Of a DNA stretch of 55,436 bases, positions 23,493-33,611 are shown in pieces. The DNA is from Candidatus Moraniibacteriota bacterium (GTDB taxonomy: Bacteria > Patescibacteriota > Minisyncoccia > Moranbacterales > UBA1568). Where the stretch lies: NCBI GenBank assembly GCA_016699975.1, contig CP064994.1, forward strand, positions 496,731 through 552,166. Reading direction: 5' to 3'. A model generated the notes under the pieces. The model saw nothing but the letters and a program-made list of their open reading frames with translations, was not told the DNA's origin and ran no database searches. Within the stretch, counting starts at the first letter, position 1. Each line of letters starts with the position of its first letter. Both the position numbers and the translations under genes were made by a program.

Positions 23493-24560
23493 ATGGAAAC
23501 CAATACGTTTGATTTTCTTGAAAAAATGGAAAGAGCGGGATGTACTGCTTTTTCCGAAGCAAAGACGCTTGCCGAGTTTCGTGATTTGGAGGTGCAATTT
23601 TTAGGAAGAAAGAGCGAACTCGGTCTTTTTCTCAAATCTCTGGCTCTCCTTCCACCCGAAGAGCGACACAAGGTTGGCAAGCGTGCAAATGAGGCGAAGC
23701 GCGCCATTACTGCCGCTTCTCAATCAGCACGCGCTCGCCTTTCGGAAGCGAGCTTCGATGTAAAGAGCGAATGGATCGACGTAACGGATCAACCCTGTTC
23801 GCTTCCGGTTGGTCATCTTCATATTCTCACCACCGTCGAGAATGAGATTGTTGATATTTTTCGGTCGCTCGGGTTTGATGTCGCCGACGGTCCGGAGTTG
23901 GAAACCGAGTTCTACAATTTCGACGCCCTCAATATCCCCGCCGATCACCCCGCCCGCGATATGCAGGACACGTTTTGGATTCGCGAAGATACTCGTTCTT
24001 CTCAGGATCCCCAAGATCATCGAAGCGCACGTCTCCTCCTGCGAACCCATACCTCGCCTGTTCAGGTCCGATATATGGAAACGCATACGCCTCCTTTTCG
24101 GATTATTGTTCCAGGAAGAATTTTTCGATCCGAAGCAACCGACGCTTCGCACGAACACACATTCTACCAATTCGAATCGCTCTTTGTAGATAAATCGGTG
24201 TCGGTTGGCAATTTCAAATATGTGGCTGAACTTTTTTTCAGTCGTTTCTTTGGAAAGCGTATCGGGGTTCGATTGCGACCGAGTTTTTTCCCCTTTGTGG
24301 AGCCGGGATTCGAGTTCGATATCGCTTGTACCGTCTGTGACGGCAAAGGATGTTCGTCGTGCCACGGGACGGGGTGGTTGGAAGTCGGCGGTGCTGGCAT
24401 GGTGCATCAATCGGTTTTTGAGGCGGCAGGGTACGAGCGCGACCGATGGAGTGGATTTGCATGGGGATTTGGTACCAATCGTCTCGCGATGATGAAGTAC
24501 AAGATTCCGGATGTCCGACTCTTCCAGAGCGGCGACCTTCGATTCCTCAATCAGTTTTGA
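23493..24560 (+). CDS. pheS: Phenylalanine--tRNA ligase alpha subunit
   Basis: IPADHPARDMQDTFWI, LLRTHTSPVQVR, FRSEATDASHEHTFYQFE, FPFVEPGFEFDI, and C-terminal GDLRFLNQF. Confidence 0.95.
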   Translation: METNTFDFLEKMERAGCTAFSEAKTLAEFRDLEVQFLGRKSELGLFLKSLALLPPEERHKVGKRANEAKRAITAASQSARARLSEASFDVKSEWIDVTDQPCSLPVGHLHILTTVENEIVDIFRSLGFDVADGPELETEFYNFDALNIPADHPARDMQDTFWIREDTRSSQDPQDHRSARLLLRTHTSPVQVRYMETHTPPFRIIVPGRIFRSEATDASHEHTFYQFESLFVDKSVSVGNFKYVAELFFSRFFGKRIGVRLRPSFFPFVEPGFEFDIACTVCDGKGCSSCHGTGWLEVGGAGMVHQSVFEAAGYERDRWSGFAWGFGTNRLAMMKYKIPDVRLFQSGDLRFLNQF

Positions 24561-24582
24561 GACTTTTTTCGTTTGTTTTCTT

Positions 24583-26985
24583 ATGAAATTTTCTTACCGG
24601 TGGCTCAAACAACTTTCCGGGACCGAAAAATCTCCCGAGGAACTCGCGGCGTTTCTTACCATGCGTGCTTTCGAAGTGGAGGAGATTCTGCCTACAGGAC
24701 TCACGCTCCCCCAGGTAATCGTAGGAAAAGTAATCTCACTGGAACGCCATCCTGGGGCGGATCGTTTGCAGGTGGCTCGGGTACAATGCGGCTCCCATGG
24801 AGAACGAACCATCGTGTGTGGGGCGCCGAATATCGCGCTCTCGAATATCGTGGCGGTTGCACTTCCGGGCGCGATGCTTCCGGGTGACGTGCTCATTCGT
24901 GCGGCTGAAATTCGAGGCGTTCGTTCCGAGGGAATGATTTGTTCCGAAAAGGAACTCGGTATCGGCGAGAACCATGAAGGTATTCTCATTCTTCCCGAAG
25001 ACGCGACTCTCGGAGTCCCACTCTCGGAATTTTGGGATGCTTCCGACTGGGTGCTTGATGTGAAAATTTTGCCTGACCGCGCGCATGACTGTCTCTCGCA
25101 TGTGGGTCTTGCTCGCGAAATTGCCGCACTTGAAGAGCGCGTGTTCGATTACGATTACGAAGGGCTTACTCTTCCTCATACCGATCGCGCTCTCCCGTTT
25201 CGCATTTCCCTCCAAGCGGAGAAGAAATGTTGTCGGTATATTGGCGCGCTCGTTTCGGGAGTGACGATGGGGCCTTCGCCACGGTGGCTGGTCGAGCGTC
25301 TTTCTGTTTTTGGCATGCGATCGAGAAATTGTATTGTCGACCTAACAAATCTCGTCATGCTTGAACTCGGCGCGCCGCTCCATGCATTTGATTGGGAAAA
25401 GATTGCGGGAGAAAGTAAAAAAACGATTGGTCCGCGTTTTACAAGGAATAACGAGCGAGCAACACTGCTCGACGGGAAGACCTATGAATTCAACGAATCA
25501 GATATCGTCATTGCCGATTCGAACGGCGTGCTTGCGCTTGCCGGAATTCTCGGAGGAAAGGAATCGGCCGTGTCGGATGAGACGAAAAACGTTTTCTTTG
25601 AGGCTGCTTCCTTTGATGCGGTCTCAATCCGTCGTACGCGGACTCGTCTCGGCATAGAGACCGATGCGTCGATGCGATTTGAAAAAGACCTTTCTCCCGA
25701 TCTTCCAGAGCGTGCGCTCACACGGCTTCTTGAGCTCGTGAAGCATCTCGCGGGCGGGGAAGTGCAAGGAGTAATCGATGAACGAGGGAGAATTCCTTCT
25801 CCTAGAGTGATCGAGTGTTCCGCCGATCGTGTGACGACGCTCCTCGGAGCAGATATTTCCGTTCGCCACATGAAGAAGATTCTCGAGCTTCGCGGATGTT
25901 TGGTGGTTGAGAAAAAAAACGTGCTCGCGGTGACGCCGCCTCCGTTTCGTCTCGACCTTCGTACGATTGCTGACATTACAGAAGAAATTGGGAGAGGAAT
26001 TGGATATGAACATATTCTCCCTGTTGCCCCAGAATTTTCGCTCGGCGCTTCTTCGACCGATCCGCTTCGCGCTCTCGAGCGATCGCTGCGGGACGGTTCG
26101 GTTGCTCAGGGTCTTACTGAGATCTACGCTTACTCTTTTTACGGTGAGAAAGAAGCGCGTTTGGCTCGGCTTTTGGTGGAGCGGCACTTTGAACTCCAGA
26201 ATCCCATGAACCCGGAGCAGGCTCTCGTTCGCATATCACTTCTTCCGGGACTTCTTGATCGCTTGGCGCTCAATGTCCGGCGATTTCCGGAAGCGGCGCT
26301 CTTCGAAGTGGCGAAGGCGTATGAGAAAGTGACAAATGAAGTGCGCGAGCACCGGTTCTTCTCGGGCGTGATCGGTGATCAGCCTTCTTCCGATGGAGCG
26401 GCATTCTTTGAATTTTCAGCGCGTCTCTCTCGGATACTCAACACACTTGGTATTTTTCATACTCTTTCTCCCGGAAATTTCGACGGGACGCTGTGGCACC
26501 CGAGCCGTTCGGCGATACTGCTTGACAGACACGGGAACGTGCTCGGAACCGTCGGAGAAATTCATCCGAACGTATCTTTGGCATTTCGCATTCCCAGAAG
26601 GGGAGTTGCTTTCGAGTGCGACATCCATGCTCTCCTTGCTGCAAGAGTCGAAAAAAAGATCTTTACCCCATTTCGTCGGCTTCCCGAAACCCTTCGAGAT
26701 GTGTCATTTTTCGTTCCGAGAGAGACGCGAGCTTCCGATGTGAAGCGAGTGATATTTGAAGCGGGTAATCGCCTGGTAACCAGTGTCGATCTCTTCGATC
26801 GCTATCAAAACGAGCGAGGGGAAAAGAGTTTCGCGGTTCATATTCGATTTGGCAAAGCTGAGGAGATGGTGTCGGGAGAAGAGGCCGATCGGACGGTGGA
26901 TCACATTGGGAAAGCGCTCGAGTCGAAATTGGGTGCGAGCATACGAAAAGACGAAACGGGAATGTCTCCAGGGGAATCTTTGTGA
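24583..26985 (+). CDS. pheT: Phenylalanine--tRNA ligase beta subunit
   Basis: MKFSYRWLKQL... with a tRNA-binding (OB) domain, then B3/4, B5 and FDX-ACB-like regions. ~800 aa. The in-frame ATG at 24583 is preferred over the track start at 24511. Confidence 0.9.
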   Translation: MKFSYRWLKQLSGTEKSPEELAAFLTMRAFEVEEILPTGLTLPQVIVGKVISLERHPGADRLQVARVQCGSHGERTIVCGAPNIALSNIVAVALPGAMLPGDVLIRAAEIRGVRSEGMICSEKELGIGENHEGILILPEDATLGVPLSEFWDASDWVLDVKILPDRAHDCLSHVGLAREIAALEERVFDYDYEGLTLPHTDRALPFRISLQAEKKCCRYIGALVSGVTMGPSPRWLVERLSVFGMRSRNCIVDLTNLVMLELGAPLHAFDWEKIAGESKKTIGPRFTRNNERATLLDGKTYEFNESDIVIADSNGVLALAGILGGKESAVSDETKNVFFEAASFDAVSIRRTRTRLGIETDASMRFEKDLSPDLPERALTRLLELVKHLAGGEVQGVIDERGRIPSPRVIECSADRVTTLLGADISVRHMKKILELRGCLVVEKKNVLAVTPPPFRLDLRTIADITEEIGRGIGYEHILPVAPEFSLGASSTDPLRALERSLRDGSVAQGLTEIYAYSFYGEKEARLARLLVERHFELQNPMNPEQALVRISLLPGLLDRLALNVRRFPEAALFEVAKAYEKVTNEVREHRFFSGVIGDQPSSDGAAFFEFSARLSRILNTLGIFHTLSPGNFDGTLWHPSRSAILLDRHGNVLGTVGEIHPNVSLAFRIPRRGVAFECDIHALLAARVEKKIFTPFRRLPETLRDVSFFVPRETRASDVKRVIFEAGNRLVTSVDLFDRYQNERGEKSFAVHIRFGKAEEMVSGEEADRTVDHIGKALESKLGASIRKDETGMSPGESL

Positions 26986-27060
26986 GCTAAGAGGCGAAGG
27001 AGAGGGGAATATATGGAAGCGACTTTGGGGAGGGAAGAGGATTTTTCTCGAGATAAGTTG

Positions 27061-27089
27061 TTGACATTTTTGGTTCTTTGTATTACTAT
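27061..27089 (+). promoter_or_regulatory. Predicted promoter upstream of rnpB: TTGACA-17-TACTAT
   Basis: Read directly from the sequence. It lies ~70 nt upstream of the predicted P1 stem. Confidence 0.45.
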
Positions 27090-27157
27090 TTTGAGTTCCT
27101 CGATCGGGAAAAACGGTGTTTTTGAATGAGGGTATGAGAGCATGAGACCGTCTCGAA

Positions 27158-27602
27158 CGAGGAAGAGCGGAGCGGATAGACAATCGCCTTTGCTTCGGAC
27201 TTTCGAATTCGAAGCGGGGAGGAAAGTCCGGACACGAGCGTTCGGCGCTTCGGCGCCGAATGGCAAACGGTAGCGGGTAACACCCGTCTTTACGGGAAAA
27301 GCGGTTTCTTTGGTTTCTTGTATTCCATTGGAATTCTTTTTCAGAAAAGAGGTGCGAACAGAGACGCTCAGTCGGGAAACCGCCTGAGCCGCATCGAAGG
27401 AGCGATCTTTCAATGCGGAGTCCTCTGAGCAATCGGAGGAGTGAAACGGCTAAATCCTTACCGGCGTGCAAGGTCGTATCTTTCGCTTTCCGAATCGGAA
27501 AGCGAAAGGGGTACCGCACAGATCCGGCGAGTAATTGCTCGGACCAGAGAAATGATTGTCTCTATACAGAATCCGGCTTATTGTCCGCTCCGGCCTTCTT
27601 CG
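27158..27602 (+). ncRNA. rnpB: RNase P RNA, bacterial type A
   Basis: Conserved P4 halves GAGGAAAGTCCGGAC (27228-27242) and ACAGAATCCGGCTTAT (27566-27581). GGTAACACCC and GTGCGAACAGAGA elements. The 3' region CCAGAGAAATGATTGTCTCTATACAGAATCC parallels E. coli M1 RNA. P1 pairing is 27158-27176 with 27584-27602, followed by a T-run. ORFs 26704..27519(-) and the 5' part of 27413..29056 overlap it and are spurious. Confidence 0.9.
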
Positions 27603-27628
27603 TTTTTTTGCGAGTGTATTTCCATCGT

Positions 27629-29056
27629 ATGAAGCGTTCCGAACTTTTTTTCAGCGCTTTTCGAGTTCCCGTCGACTACGCGATGATCGTGCTCGCGGCG
27701 GTTTTCGCTTTTCTCATTCGTGATCTTCCCGAAACGCGCGCGCTCTTCGAACTCGGAAGAATCGGAAAAGTATTTTCGTTCGATCAGTACTTGAAAATTG
27801 CGCTTCTTGTGGCGCCTTTTTTTCTCGTGATATACGCTTTCGAAGGGCTCTACGATATTCGGTCCACGCGACGATTTTGGCAGGAAGCGCGAAAAGTACT
27901 TTCGGCAACGACCCTGTCCCTCGTCGTTCTTATCATTGCTATTTTTTTGAGGCGCGAGTGGTTTTCCTCGCGCTTTATCATTCTTCTTGCCTGGGGACTC
28001 TCGGTCATTCTCGTTATTTTCGGCCGTTCGCTCATTCACGCGCTGCAGCGATTTCTTCTTGTCTCTCGCGGTATCGGTGTGCATCGCGTTCTTCTTGTTG
28101 GACGAAACAGCGCGGTGAAACGACTCGCGGAGACCTTTTCCAAAAAGCCCTGGCTTGGATATCGGCTCTCCGAGGTCGTTACGACCGGAAGTATTCGAGA
28201 GATCAAAGAAATTCGCGCGAAGAAGGGAATTGATGAAATTATTGTCTGTGATCCGTCACTTCCCGACGAAGAACAAACGAAACTGCTCGATTTTTGTCAG
28301 GTGAATAACATTGCGTATAAATATGTGCCGACAACGCTTCAGACTTCGCGCTTTTCGGTGCGGATGTTTGAAGGGGAACCGTTCATCGAAGCCGAACACA
28401 CGCCGCTTGATGGGTGGGGAAAAATTTTGAAGCGCGGTTTCGATATTGTTGCTTCTATTCTCCTCCTCATAATTTTTTCGCCCATCATGGCGGTTATTGC
28501 GGCGCTCATCAAAATCGAAGATCCCACAGGACCTGTCATTTACAAGAATCGACGTATTGGCGAAAATGGCGCGCCGTTTTTTGTGTACAAATTTCGTTAC
28601 ATGAAATGGAAGTACTGCATCACCAAGGAAAATCCAGATTTCGAATCTGCGATGCGCTACGAACAGGAACTCATTACCCAGCGCAACGTGCGCGACGACG
28701 TGCTGTACAAAATCAAAGATGATCCCCGAAAGATGCGCATCGGATCATTCATCGAACGCTCTTCTCTCGACGAACTCCCGCAGTTTTTTAATGCGCTTTT
28801 TGGCAGTATGTCACTTGTGGGACCGCGTCCGCATCAGGAGCGGGAAGTGGAAAAGTACAAAGAATATCACCGTCGCCTCCTCACTATTAAGCCGGGAATA
28901 ACGGGTATGGCGCAGGTTTCCGGACGCTCGGATCTTCGTTTCGAAGACGAATATAAGCTCGACGTTTTCTATATCGAGAATTGGTCGCTCATTCTTGATA
29001 TTGCGCTGTGCCTCAAGACCCTGCGCGTTCTGGCGCGTCGACGAAAGAATGTTTAA
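27629..29056 (+). CDS. Polyprenyl-phosphate sugar phosphotransferase (WbaP/bacterial sugar transferase family)
   Basis: N-terminal multi-TM region. C-terminal domain has FDIVASILLLIIFSPIMAVIA, KFRYMK, DELPQFFNALFGSMSLVGPRP and GITGMAQV. Confidence 0.9.
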   Translation: MKRSELFFSAFRVPVDYAMIVLAAVFAFLIRDLPETRALFELGRIGKVFSFDQYLKIALLVAPFFLVIYAFEGLYDIRSTRRFWQEARKVLSATTLSLVVLIIAIFLRREWFSSRFIILLAWGLSVILVIFGRSLIHALQRFLLVSRGIGVHRVLLVGRNSAVKRLAETFSKKPWLGYRLSEVVTTGSIREIKEIRAKKGIDEIIVCDPSLPDEEQTKLLDFCQVNNIAYKYVPTTLQTSRFSVRMFEGEPFIEAEHTPLDGWGKILKRGFDIVASILLLIIFSPIMAVIAALIKIEDPTGPVIYKNRRIGENGAPFFVYKFRYMKWKYCITKENPDFESAMRYEQELITQRNVRDDVLYKIKDDPRKMRIGSFIERSSLDELPQFFNALFGSMSLVGPRPHQEREVEKYKEYHRRLLTIKPGITGMAQVSGRSDLRFEDEYKLDVFYIENWSLILDIALCLKTLRVLARRRKNV

Positions 29057-30039
29057 TGAATGCTTTTCTTGAGCAAAATTTTTTTCAATCGTGCTTCTTT
29101 GAGAGGGAGAGATTCCTCACGAGACACCTGGACTCTATGCGCATTGCAAATGGATGGAAAGAATACGAACTTCTCGATGCAGGGGATGGTGAGAAACTGG
29201 AGCGGTGGGGCACGTATATTTTGCGCCGTCCCGATCCGCAGGCGCTGTGGCCCAAAGGAAATGAAGCGCTCTGGAATCAAGCGGATGCGCACTATAAGCG
29301 CAGTCGTGACGGAGGCGGTTCGTGGGACAGGCGCTCCACTCTTCCAAAACAGTGGGTTGTCTCGTATGACGATCTTTCGTTTCGAGTAGAACTCATGGGA
29401 TTTAAACACACGGGAATTTTTCCGGAGCAAGCGTGTAACTGGGACTGGATACGGGAAAAAATAGAGAGCGCTTCAGAACCCGTCCGCGTCCTCAATTTGT
29501 TTGGGTATACGGGAGGCGCAACGGTTGCCGCGCTTGCGGCTGGAGGAGAAGTGTCTCACGTCGATGCTTCGAAAGGAATGGTGGGGCGGGCGAAGGAAAA
29601 TTGCGCGCTGAGCCGTCTCTCTCATGCTCCGGTTCGATTTTTTGCCGACGATGCAATAAAATTTGTTGATCGTGAACTTCGTCGGGGTCACCAGTACGAA
29701 GCGATTCTTCTCGACCCGCCTTCCTTTGGGCGCGGACCGAAAGGAGAGCTCTGGAAACTCGAGTCCCATCTTTTTTCACTTCTCGAAAAAATTTCGATGT
29801 TGCTCTCCGATCGGGCGCTCTTTCTCCTCTTGAACGCCTATACGACCGGACTTTCGCCCGTTGTCCTCGAAAATATGGTGAAGATGGCGACACACGCTGT
29901 CCCGGCCGGAGTGACCGAGTCGTTCGAGTTGGGTCTTCCGTTACGGCGGGAAGGCATTGTCTTGCCTTGCGGACTCTCTGTTCGGTGGGAACGCTCACAT
30001 GCATCTCTTCCTGCAAAGAGGGCTCTTCGTTCATTTTGA
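29056..30039 (+). CDS. Class I SAM-dependent methyltransferase (RlmI/RlmK-like fold)
   Basis: FKHTGIFPEQ, LNLFGYTGGATVAALAAG, ILLDPPSF. The start overlaps the upstream stop (TAATG). Confidence 0.75.
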   Translation: MNAFLEQNFFQSCFFERERFLTRHLDSMRIANGWKEYELLDAGDGEKLERWGTYILRRPDPQALWPKGNEALWNQADAHYKRSRDGGGSWDRRSTLPKQWVVSYDDLSFRVELMGFKHTGIFPEQACNWDWIREKIESASEPVRVLNLFGYTGGATVAALAAGGEVSHVDASKGMVGRAKENCALSRLSHAPVRFFADDAIKFVDRELRRGHQYEAILLDPPSFGRGPKGELWKLESHLFSLLEKISMLLSDRALFLLLNAYTTGLSPVVLENMVKMATHAVPAGVTESFELGLPLRREGIVLPCGLSVRWERSHASLPAKRALRSF

Positions 30040-30061
30040 CTTCTCTCTTTCTTGGGAAAGT

Positions 30062-30094
30062 AGCGGCGTCTCTCTGACGCTGCTTTTATTTTTT
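30062..30094 (+). terminator. Rho-independent terminator
   Basis: AGCGGCGTC-TCTCT-GACGCTGCT (one G-U pair), followed by TTTATTTTTT. An extended -10 (TGaTATACT, 30103-30111) follows. Confidence 0.7.
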
Positions 30095-30155
30095 CGAAGG
30101 TTTGATATACTGCCGATACTCGGGGTGCGCGTGTAATCCTTGAGATATTTCTTTT

Positions 30156-31412
30156 ATGTTTCGGTACACCGATATCCGGAAAGAAGACCGAGTGGTGATG
30201 GAATCGATAGCGGGAGAAATGAAGCGACAAGAAGAAGGTCTCGAAATGATCGCTTCCGAAAACTACGCTTCGAAAGCCGTTATGGAAGCGCTCGGCACTG
30301 TTTTTACCAACAAATATTCCGAAGGGTATCCTGGACGACGTTACTACGGCGGGCAAGAGTTTACCGATATTGTGGAAACGATCGCGATCGAGCGCGCGAA
30401 AAAACTCTTTGGCGCGGATCACGCGAATGTTCAGCCACTTTCGGGAGCTGCGGCCAATATGGCGGCGTATGCTGCGCTCCTCGTGCCGGGCGACACTGTT
30501 TTGGGAATGGATCTCTCACACGGTGGACACCTGACGCATGGGCATCCGGTGACGTTTCCGGCATCGATTTTTCGCTTCGTTCGATATAGGACGGAAGCGG
30601 ACGGAACCATTGACTACCGAAAGCTCGGCGAGCTTGCCCGAGAGGAGAAGCCCAAGCTCTTGCTTGCGGGTTTTTCATCGTACACGCGCGAAATCGACTA
30701 CCGAAAATTTACTGCGATTGGAAAGAAAATAGGGGCTGTTACCATGATGGATATGGCGCATATCGCAGGCCTGGTTGCCGGCAAGGCGCTTCCCAATCCA
30801 GTTGAATTTTTTGACGTCGTCACGACCACAACGCATAAGACGCTTCGAGGTCCACGGGGAGGCATGATTCTGTGTCGGGAACCGTTTGCGAAAGCGATTG
30901 ACAAAGCGGTGTTTCCGGGCGTGCAGGGAGGTCCGCATATGAATGTGATTGCTGCAAAGGCAGTCGCTTTCGGCGAAGCACTGCGCCCGTCATTTAAAAA
31001 GTACGCCGCGCATGTTCTCGAAAATGCACGCGTTCTTGAAGAGGCGTTTCGTGCCCACGGTTTCCACCTTCTCTTTGGGGGCACGGAAAATCACATGATT
31101 CTCGTTGATGTCTGGAGCACACTCGGCATAAGTGGAAAAGAAGCGGAAACGCTTCTTGATTCGATCGGGATTACGGTCAATAAAAATATTATTCCCGATG
31201 ATTCGCGAAGCGCTGTCGATCCTTCGGGAATTCGTATCGGCGTTCCGGCTGTGACGACCCGAGGTATGCGAAGTCGGGAAATGCGCCTCATCGCGAAATG
31301 GATGGATGGCGCGCTTCGATCGAAAGGGGATGCTTCGATACTCCGACCCCTCAATGCCGAGGTAAAAGCGTTGTGTAAGAAATTCCCCCTATATCGCTCC
31401 TCGAGCTCTTGA
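30156..31412 (+). CDS. glyA: Serine hydroxymethyltransferase
   Basis: LEMIASENYAS, YSEGYPGRRYYGG, TTTTHKTLRGPRGG. Confidence 0.95.
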   Translation: MFRYTDIRKEDRVVMESIAGEMKRQEEGLEMIASENYASKAVMEALGTVFTNKYSEGYPGRRYYGGQEFTDIVETIAIERAKKLFGADHANVQPLSGAAANMAAYAALLVPGDTVLGMDLSHGGHLTHGHPVTFPASIFRFVRYRTEADGTIDYRKLGELAREEKPKLLLAGFSSYTREIDYRKFTAIGKKIGAVTMMDMAHIAGLVAGKALPNPVEFFDVVTTTTHKTLRGPRGGMILCREPFAKAIDKAVFPGVQGGPHMNVIAAKAVAFGEALRPSFKKYAAHVLENARVLEEAFRAHGFHLLFGGTENHMILVDVWSTLGISGKEAETLLDSIGITVNKNIIPDDSRSAVDPSGIRIGVPAVTTRGMRSREMRLIAKWMDGALRSKGDASILRPLNAEVKALCKKFPLYRSSSS

Positions 31413-31659
31413 GGCAAAAGAGCGGTGTGCGGAGAAGCGCGGGAAGCGTGAGAAGATGGAGCACGTATTTTCAAAATTTCTCTATTGCTGAATTTTTTCC
31501 GATTCTTTCTGAATGTGAGTATACTTGTCCGAGTACTCGTCCGATCGAACGTCGTTTCTTTTGTTTTGTTTCTTTCCGGGCTCATTTTTCGTGACGGGAA
31601 AGATGATGTTTCGAAAGTGTTATTTTTGAGATGAGCGTCCGTAACAAAACTGAAAACTT

Positions 31660-32537
31660 ATGGAACACAAGAAAATCAAGAAGGCGATTTTGCCTGTTGC
31701 GGGATTTGGAACGCGATTTCTGCCGGCAACGAAAGCACAGCCGAAGGAAATGCTCCCCGTCGTTGATAAGCCGGTCGTGCAGTATCTTGTCGAAGAAGCG
31801 GTTGCGTCGGGAATCGAAGAAATTATTTTCGTGACGGGTCGGGGGAAGCGTGCAATCGAGGACCACTTTGATGTCTCGTACGAGCTCGAAGACACCCTTG
31901 TCGAGAAGAACAAACTCGATTTGTTGGAGGCGGTGCAGCGTATCGCGGGACTTGCGAAGTTTTCCTACGTACGGCAACCCGTTCCTCTCGGGGATGGACA
32001 CGCGCTTTTTCAGGCGGCGCATTTGGTGGATGATGACGAAAGCGTCCTCGTTATTTTTGGCGACTGTATTTACGACAGCAAAACGCCTGCCTCCAAACAA
32101 TTAATCGACGCCTACAACGAACTTCAGACGTCCATTATCGGACTGACGGATATTCCTCGGGAAGAAGTATCGAAGTTCGGAGTGGTTGCAGGAAACTGGA
32201 TCAGCGAGACGCGTCTCGAAGTGGAAAAAATTGTCGAGAAGCCGAAAGCGGAAGAAGCCCCAAGTACGGTTGTCGCGCCGGGAAAATATATTTTGACACA
32301 CGATGTTTTCCGTACGCTTTCCACTATGACCGAAGGAGAGTCGGGAGAAATTCGTCTTGTGGATGCTTTTAATATTATGCTCCGCGAAGGAAAAAAAATT
32401 CACGGGCAACTTCTCGAAGGTGAATGGCTCGACACCGGAGATAAATTCAACTTCCTGAAAACCACCGTTCATTTCGGACTGAAACACCGGAGGTTGGCGA
32501 CAAGTTGCGGCGATATCTTTCGACGCTCAACCTTTAA
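31660..32537 (+). CDS. galU: UTP--glucose-1-phosphate uridylyltransferase (apparent 1-nt deletion at 32487-32488 near the 3' end)
   Basis: KAILPVAGFGTRFLPATKAQPKEMLPVVDKP. After ...VHFGLKH the track ORF continues as junk to 32733. The -1 frame instead reads PEVGDKLRRYLSTLNL* (stop 32535-32537), the expected GalU C-terminus. Confidence 0.85.
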
Positions 32538-32546
32538 GTTATACTC

Positions 32547-33242
32547 ATGTATTGGATCTATCTCGCCCTCTTCGTTCTCGTGGTTCTTTTGCCCAAAATC
32601 ATCAACGGAGATCAGTTCTTCCTGCGGGAAGATGATCAGGAATCGATTCTTATTTTTGTCGTGGGAACGGCAGGTCTCTGCCTTTTCCTTTGGAAGGAAC
32701 GGCAACTTCGATTTCACCTGCGTGAGAAGGTGAAAATTCAAAAAGAAGCTTCGCGCGTTTCTCGCGATCTCGCCGATTCGTATTCGTATATCGCAGAGAT
32801 CAATCGGAAAATGGATATCCTCAAAAATATCGCGCTTGATCTTCCGGAAACCGGGTCTGTAACGCCTGAGCGCATGAAGGAAGTGTACGAGTCGATCACA
32901 GAAGCCCTCTCGCTTCTCGGAAAGACCGATTCTTTTTGCCTCTCTATTGTGGATCTTCGTTCGGGAAAGGTTGAAAAGAAACTCGAGGGCTCGGGGGAAT
33001 CGTGTCCCGTTCCCGATTTTCGGGCGCTGTCGAAGCGAAGTGAGTCCGTCATAAAAGAAGGGGAATATATTATCATCAAATCTCCAAAACGCGTGAAAGG
33101 ACACCTTGCGTTTGTGGTACTTCGAAAGAAGAATGGAGACCTTGAGGATCCGGAAATATTTAAAGCGCTTGCGGCGCAGGCGCTTTTCCTTGATTCTATT
33201 GAGCGCGAACAACCGCTCTCTCTTTCCGAAAATAACGTATGA
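32547..33242 (+). CDS. Hypothetical membrane protein
   Basis: 231 aa with two N-terminal TM helices and a coiled region. I recognise no family. Confidence 0.6.
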   Translation: MYWIYLALFVLVVLLPKIINGDQFFLREDDQESILIFVVGTAGLCLFLWKERQLRFHLREKVKIQKEASRVSRDLADSYSYIAEINRKMDILKNIALDLPETGSVTPERMKEVYESITEALSLLGKTDSFCLSIVDLRSGKVEKKLEGSGESCPVPDFRALSKRSESVIKEGEYIIIKSPKRVKGHLAFVVLRKKNGDLEDPEIFKALAAQALFLDSIEREQPLSLSENNV

Positions 33243-33596
33243 AACTCTTCGCGTCGTGGGTCCTCAATGCTGTCTCATTTCTCTTTGTGGCGAGTGTCAT
33301 TCCGGGTATTCTCGTGCGAGACTTCTGGACGGCCTTGTGGATTTCTTTTTTGTGGGGGATTCTTGGGGTGACGCTCCGGCCTCTCCTTCTCATACTCACA
33401 CTTCCTGTCAACCTGTTGACGCTCGGACTCTTTACGTTTGTCGTGAATGCGCTTCTTCTCTAACTTCTTGCTTTTTGGGACGGACGGATTTTCTATCGCC
33501 TCTTTTGGTTCGGCTTTTCTTGGAGCCCTTCTTTTCTCACTTGTCAGTTTTGTGTTGGGAATGGCGTTTCGAAAGAAAATGAATCGTGAGGAATGA
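33239..33596 (+). CDS. Phage-holin-family-4 / YvlD-like 4-TM membrane protein (apparent frameshift near 33452-33460)
   Basis: VIPGILVRDFWTALWISFLWGILGVTLRPLLLILTLPVNLLTLGLFTFVVNALLL* is continued in another frame by SNFLLFGTDGFSIASFGSAFLGALLFSLVSFVLGMAFRKK... (stop 33594-33596). Together these match the YvlD-type layout. Confidence 0.7.
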
Positions 33597-33611
33597 CGTC
33601 TGATTGCGCGT

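Noticed and set aside
26704-27519. A 271-aa minus-strand ORF, and the first 72 codons of ORF 27413..29056.
   Set aside because: Both overlap the RNase P RNA gene. The sugar transferase has a sensible in-frame ATG at 27629, right after the rnpB T-run.
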